Shown in pieces: positions 61,204 to 64,000 of a stretch of DNA of 64,000 nucleotides; the stretch's first letter is position 1, and every line of letters begins with the position of its first letter. The position numbers were made by a program, and so were the translations under genes. The notes under the pieces were generated by a model. It did not search any database. It was not told the DNA's origin and was given only the letters and a program-made list of their open reading frames with translations. Origin of the DNA: Cyanophora paradoxa CCMP329 (lineage: Eukaryota > Plantae > Glaucophyta); the NCBI GenBank assembly GCA_004431415.1, contig QPMI01000115.1, positions 62,001 to 126,000 on the forward strand, written 5' to 3'.

Positions 61204-63576
61204 ATGCAGCGACCCCGCGTACCGGTTCTCCTGGTGCTAGCGCTGGCGGTGGCGTCATGGCCAGCAGCGTTGGGGCAGATCATCCCGTTCAGCCCAGCGC
61301 CGAACGTCACCCGTGTGCTGGGCTCCGCGGACGGCTCCTTGCCGGTCGACCAGCCAGGCGTCGGTGCGTCGCAGAGGCGCAAGCCCTGAGCTCCATCCAA
61401 GTTGCCCTGTCCCGCCCGGATCCGCGACGCGCGCGCCAGCCCGTGACGCCGGCGCTGTTGCGTGCGCAGGGACGGCCACGCGCTCAACCAACGTCTACGT
61501 GCGGCCCGAGCCTCTCCCTGAAGCTTTGGAAGCTCGAGCTTGCGCTCACTCTTAACTTGGGCCCCTCTCGCCCCGCCCGGCCCCGCGTGCGCAGGCGGCG
61601 CGCTTCTGCTGGCTCGATCGCTCGCTCTACTACGTCAACGTGCGTCCCGCCGCCGCGCCGCGCGCCCGCGCGCCCCGCGACCCGCTCCGACCCTTCCGCA
61701 GCACTGGGAGAGCGCCCTGCGGAAGCTGACGACGCACCCGGAGCACAGGATGAGCCTGCTCGCCGACCTCAGGCCGGTCTACAGTCTGCACCAGGCCGAG
61801 GCCATCGACCTCGACGACCAGTGCACCGCGTGCGCGCCCGCCGGCGCCGGCCCTATTCCGCCCCCCCGCCCCGCCCCGCCCCGTCCCGTCCCGCCCCGCC
61901 CTGTCCCGTGCGGATAGAGTTGCCCTGCCCCGCCCCGGCACGCCTCGCCCCGTCCCGCCCCGCCCCGCCCCGCCCCGCCCCGCCCCGCCCCGCCCGCACC
62001 GCGAGCTCGCGCTCACTTTCGGACGGGGGCGCTGCGCAGGTACATCCTAATGGCGGGGGGACACGTCCTGAAGGTCCCCCGGGGGGGCTCCCCGCAGGTT
62101 CTGGCGGCCCCGGCCCCCCCGCCCGCCCCGCCCCGCCCCCCGCCCTTTCGAAGGCAACGAGCCGCCGCCCGCCGGCCCGCCCCGGCAGGTCCTTGTGGAC
62201 CTCACCGGCGTATGCACGTCCTTCGGCGGCGGCATCGCACTCGACACGAGGCGGCAGCAGCTGTGCGCCCCGCCCCGCACGCCCGCACGCCCACCCGCCG
62301 GGCCGGCTCCCTGCCCTGCAGCTGACGCGACGGGGCGAGCGAGCGCAGCTGGGTGCTGTGCAGCTCCGGCATCCTTCGCGTGACGATCTCCACGGGGGCC
62401 AACCAGGTGCTCTCCCCCTTCTCCTTCCCCCCTCCCCCCTCCCCCTCCCCCCCCCCCCCCCCCGGTTCGAGCTCGAGGGGCGCAGCTCGTGTACTCGGGC
62501 TCGACGATGACCTCCAGCGGCATCTTCTACGACCGCGCCGCCGACCGCATGTGGCTCGCCGTGCGCCCGCCCCGCTGTACCCCCCTCCCTCCCCCCCCCC
62601 ACAACGTTTCGATCCATTGATGACGCTTTCGGCTCGTTAGAACGGGTGGGCCATGTACATACAGTACTTCGAGGATCTGGGGGCCCCGAGCCCGGTCTTA
62701 TCTCCTTTTGTCTGCGGGCGCGCTTTTCCCCTTCGTTCTCCCCGGCCCCTGGCTCAGCCGCTCCTCTTAAGTCGTTCCCCCCCCTGCGCGCAGGCCGGGT
62801 GCCAAGGGCTGGGCCGACGGGCCCTGCCTCACGGCGATGGTCAACACCCCCCGTGTGCGTCCCCTGCCGTACCCCTCCAGAGCTTAGTCCCTCTAGATCT
62901 CAAGCCCCGGCTAACGAGCTGTTCCGGATCCTGTGCAGTCGGGTCAGATCGTGCGGTGGCCCGGGGGCGGCTGGTACTTCTGGGCCGAGTACTCTAACCA
63001 CGTCGTCCGGGGCATGAACCTCGCGGTGAAAAAAAGAATTAAGCCACGAAACAGCCTTCGCATCTGTTCTTATTTCCGCTGTCTGCGCAGACGAACGAAG
63101 TCGTCACCGTCGCCGGCTGCGGCACGGCCACCGACAGCGAGGGCGGTGCGCACAGCAGCCTCTCCCGCTCGCGGGACAGCAGGCCGCAACCCTCTGAATC
63201 ACTGACGTGTACCCCCAGTCGGCACGTCGGCGTGCATCTCGTACCCCCTCGGCGTCGCCTGGGACTCCTCGAAAGGCGAGCGGCCCGCCCTCTTTCCTTA
63301 CGCCAGCCACTTCTGACTACTCCGCCCCGCGCCGCCTCCCCTCCAGGCCACCTCTACGTCACTACCGAGAGCGGGCGAGCCCTGCGCACCCTCCCCCTCC
63401 TCCTGCGAGTCCCGGTCCTCCTCACCGCTGAGGCTGACGCGGGCGGGGGTACGCCTTGTTTTCGGCGCAGGATCTACCGGATCGGGACGGGCAGGGCGCT
63501 CCGGCCCTACTCCGCGGTGGAGATGAAGGGCGGCGCCCTCTCCGTCACCGGCGGCGGCGCCTTCGTCGTCGCCTGA
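61204..63576 (+). CDS. Secreted NHL/beta-propeller-like protein, multi-exon
   Basis: Signal peptide MQRPRVPVLLVLALAVASWPAALG. Propeller-like exons GGIALDTRRQQL|WVLC, GIFYDRAADRMWLA, YFWAEYSNHVVRGMNLA|TNEVVTVAGCG, YPLGVAWDS..LYVT; stop at 63576. Confidence 0.65.
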
Positions 63577-64000
63577 GCCTTCGGGCCGGCTTCGACTTCG
63601 GGTTTTCTGGTGTACGTGTACAGATGCGAGCACGTGTGCTGTATTCGGCCTTCGCAGCGTCGCCTAAGCCAGCCCCGAGGCCCCGAGGCCCCTCCGGACC
63701 TGCTGCTCCGCCCCATCTGCCTCTTGCCGCAGTGCTTCGCTCTCGCCCGATCCGGATCTGTCGCCCACACAGCTATGATAGTTCCATGTACAGCTGCGAT
63801 TAATGTACCTAGCTAACGTCACTGTTTACATTTAAATAGGCTTCCGGGACGCACGCGAGCGCGCATGGCCGACGCACTGACCGCAGCCACCGTCGCCAAG
63901 GGTGCCGGCCCTGCGCCCGCGCCTGCGAACCTCGGCCCCGCTCGGCCCGGCTGCGCCTCTTCTAAGCGGGGAGCCCGGGCTTCGAATTCGGGCCCCCGCA

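Overview
Eukaryotic genomic DNA with dense, short (about 50-100 nt) spliceosomal introns, several of them GC-AG. Moderately GC-rich and very GC-rich gene blocks alternate. The style suggests a GC-rich alga or protist, possibly glaucophyte-like; this is inference only. Left to right: (1) a large CUB+Kelch (attractin-like) gene, to ~9267; (2) an intron-containing, ORF1/gag-like CCHC gene with structured ends between G-tracts (~9.5-12.35 kb); (3) a soluble-adenylyl-cyclase-like (ADCY10-type) cyclase/P-loop gene on the minus strand, head-to-head with a WD40-coiled coil-RING gene; (4) two inverted copies of a ~7 kb unknown SWIM-like-finger gene (22.6-29.8 kb + and 41.6-48.6 kb -) bracketing a TmcB/TmcC-family membrane gene; (5) a second inverted pair, two head-to-head kinesin-1-like genes with near-identical motor regions; (6) a multi-pass membrane gene and a secreted NHL-repeat gene. 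The most striking signal is in the SWIM-like pair, where scaffold segments and even an intron are near-identical but are punctuated by short hypervariable coding patches. Gene boundaries are hand-inferred and approximate. Several segments next to poly-G/C tracts may be assembly noise.
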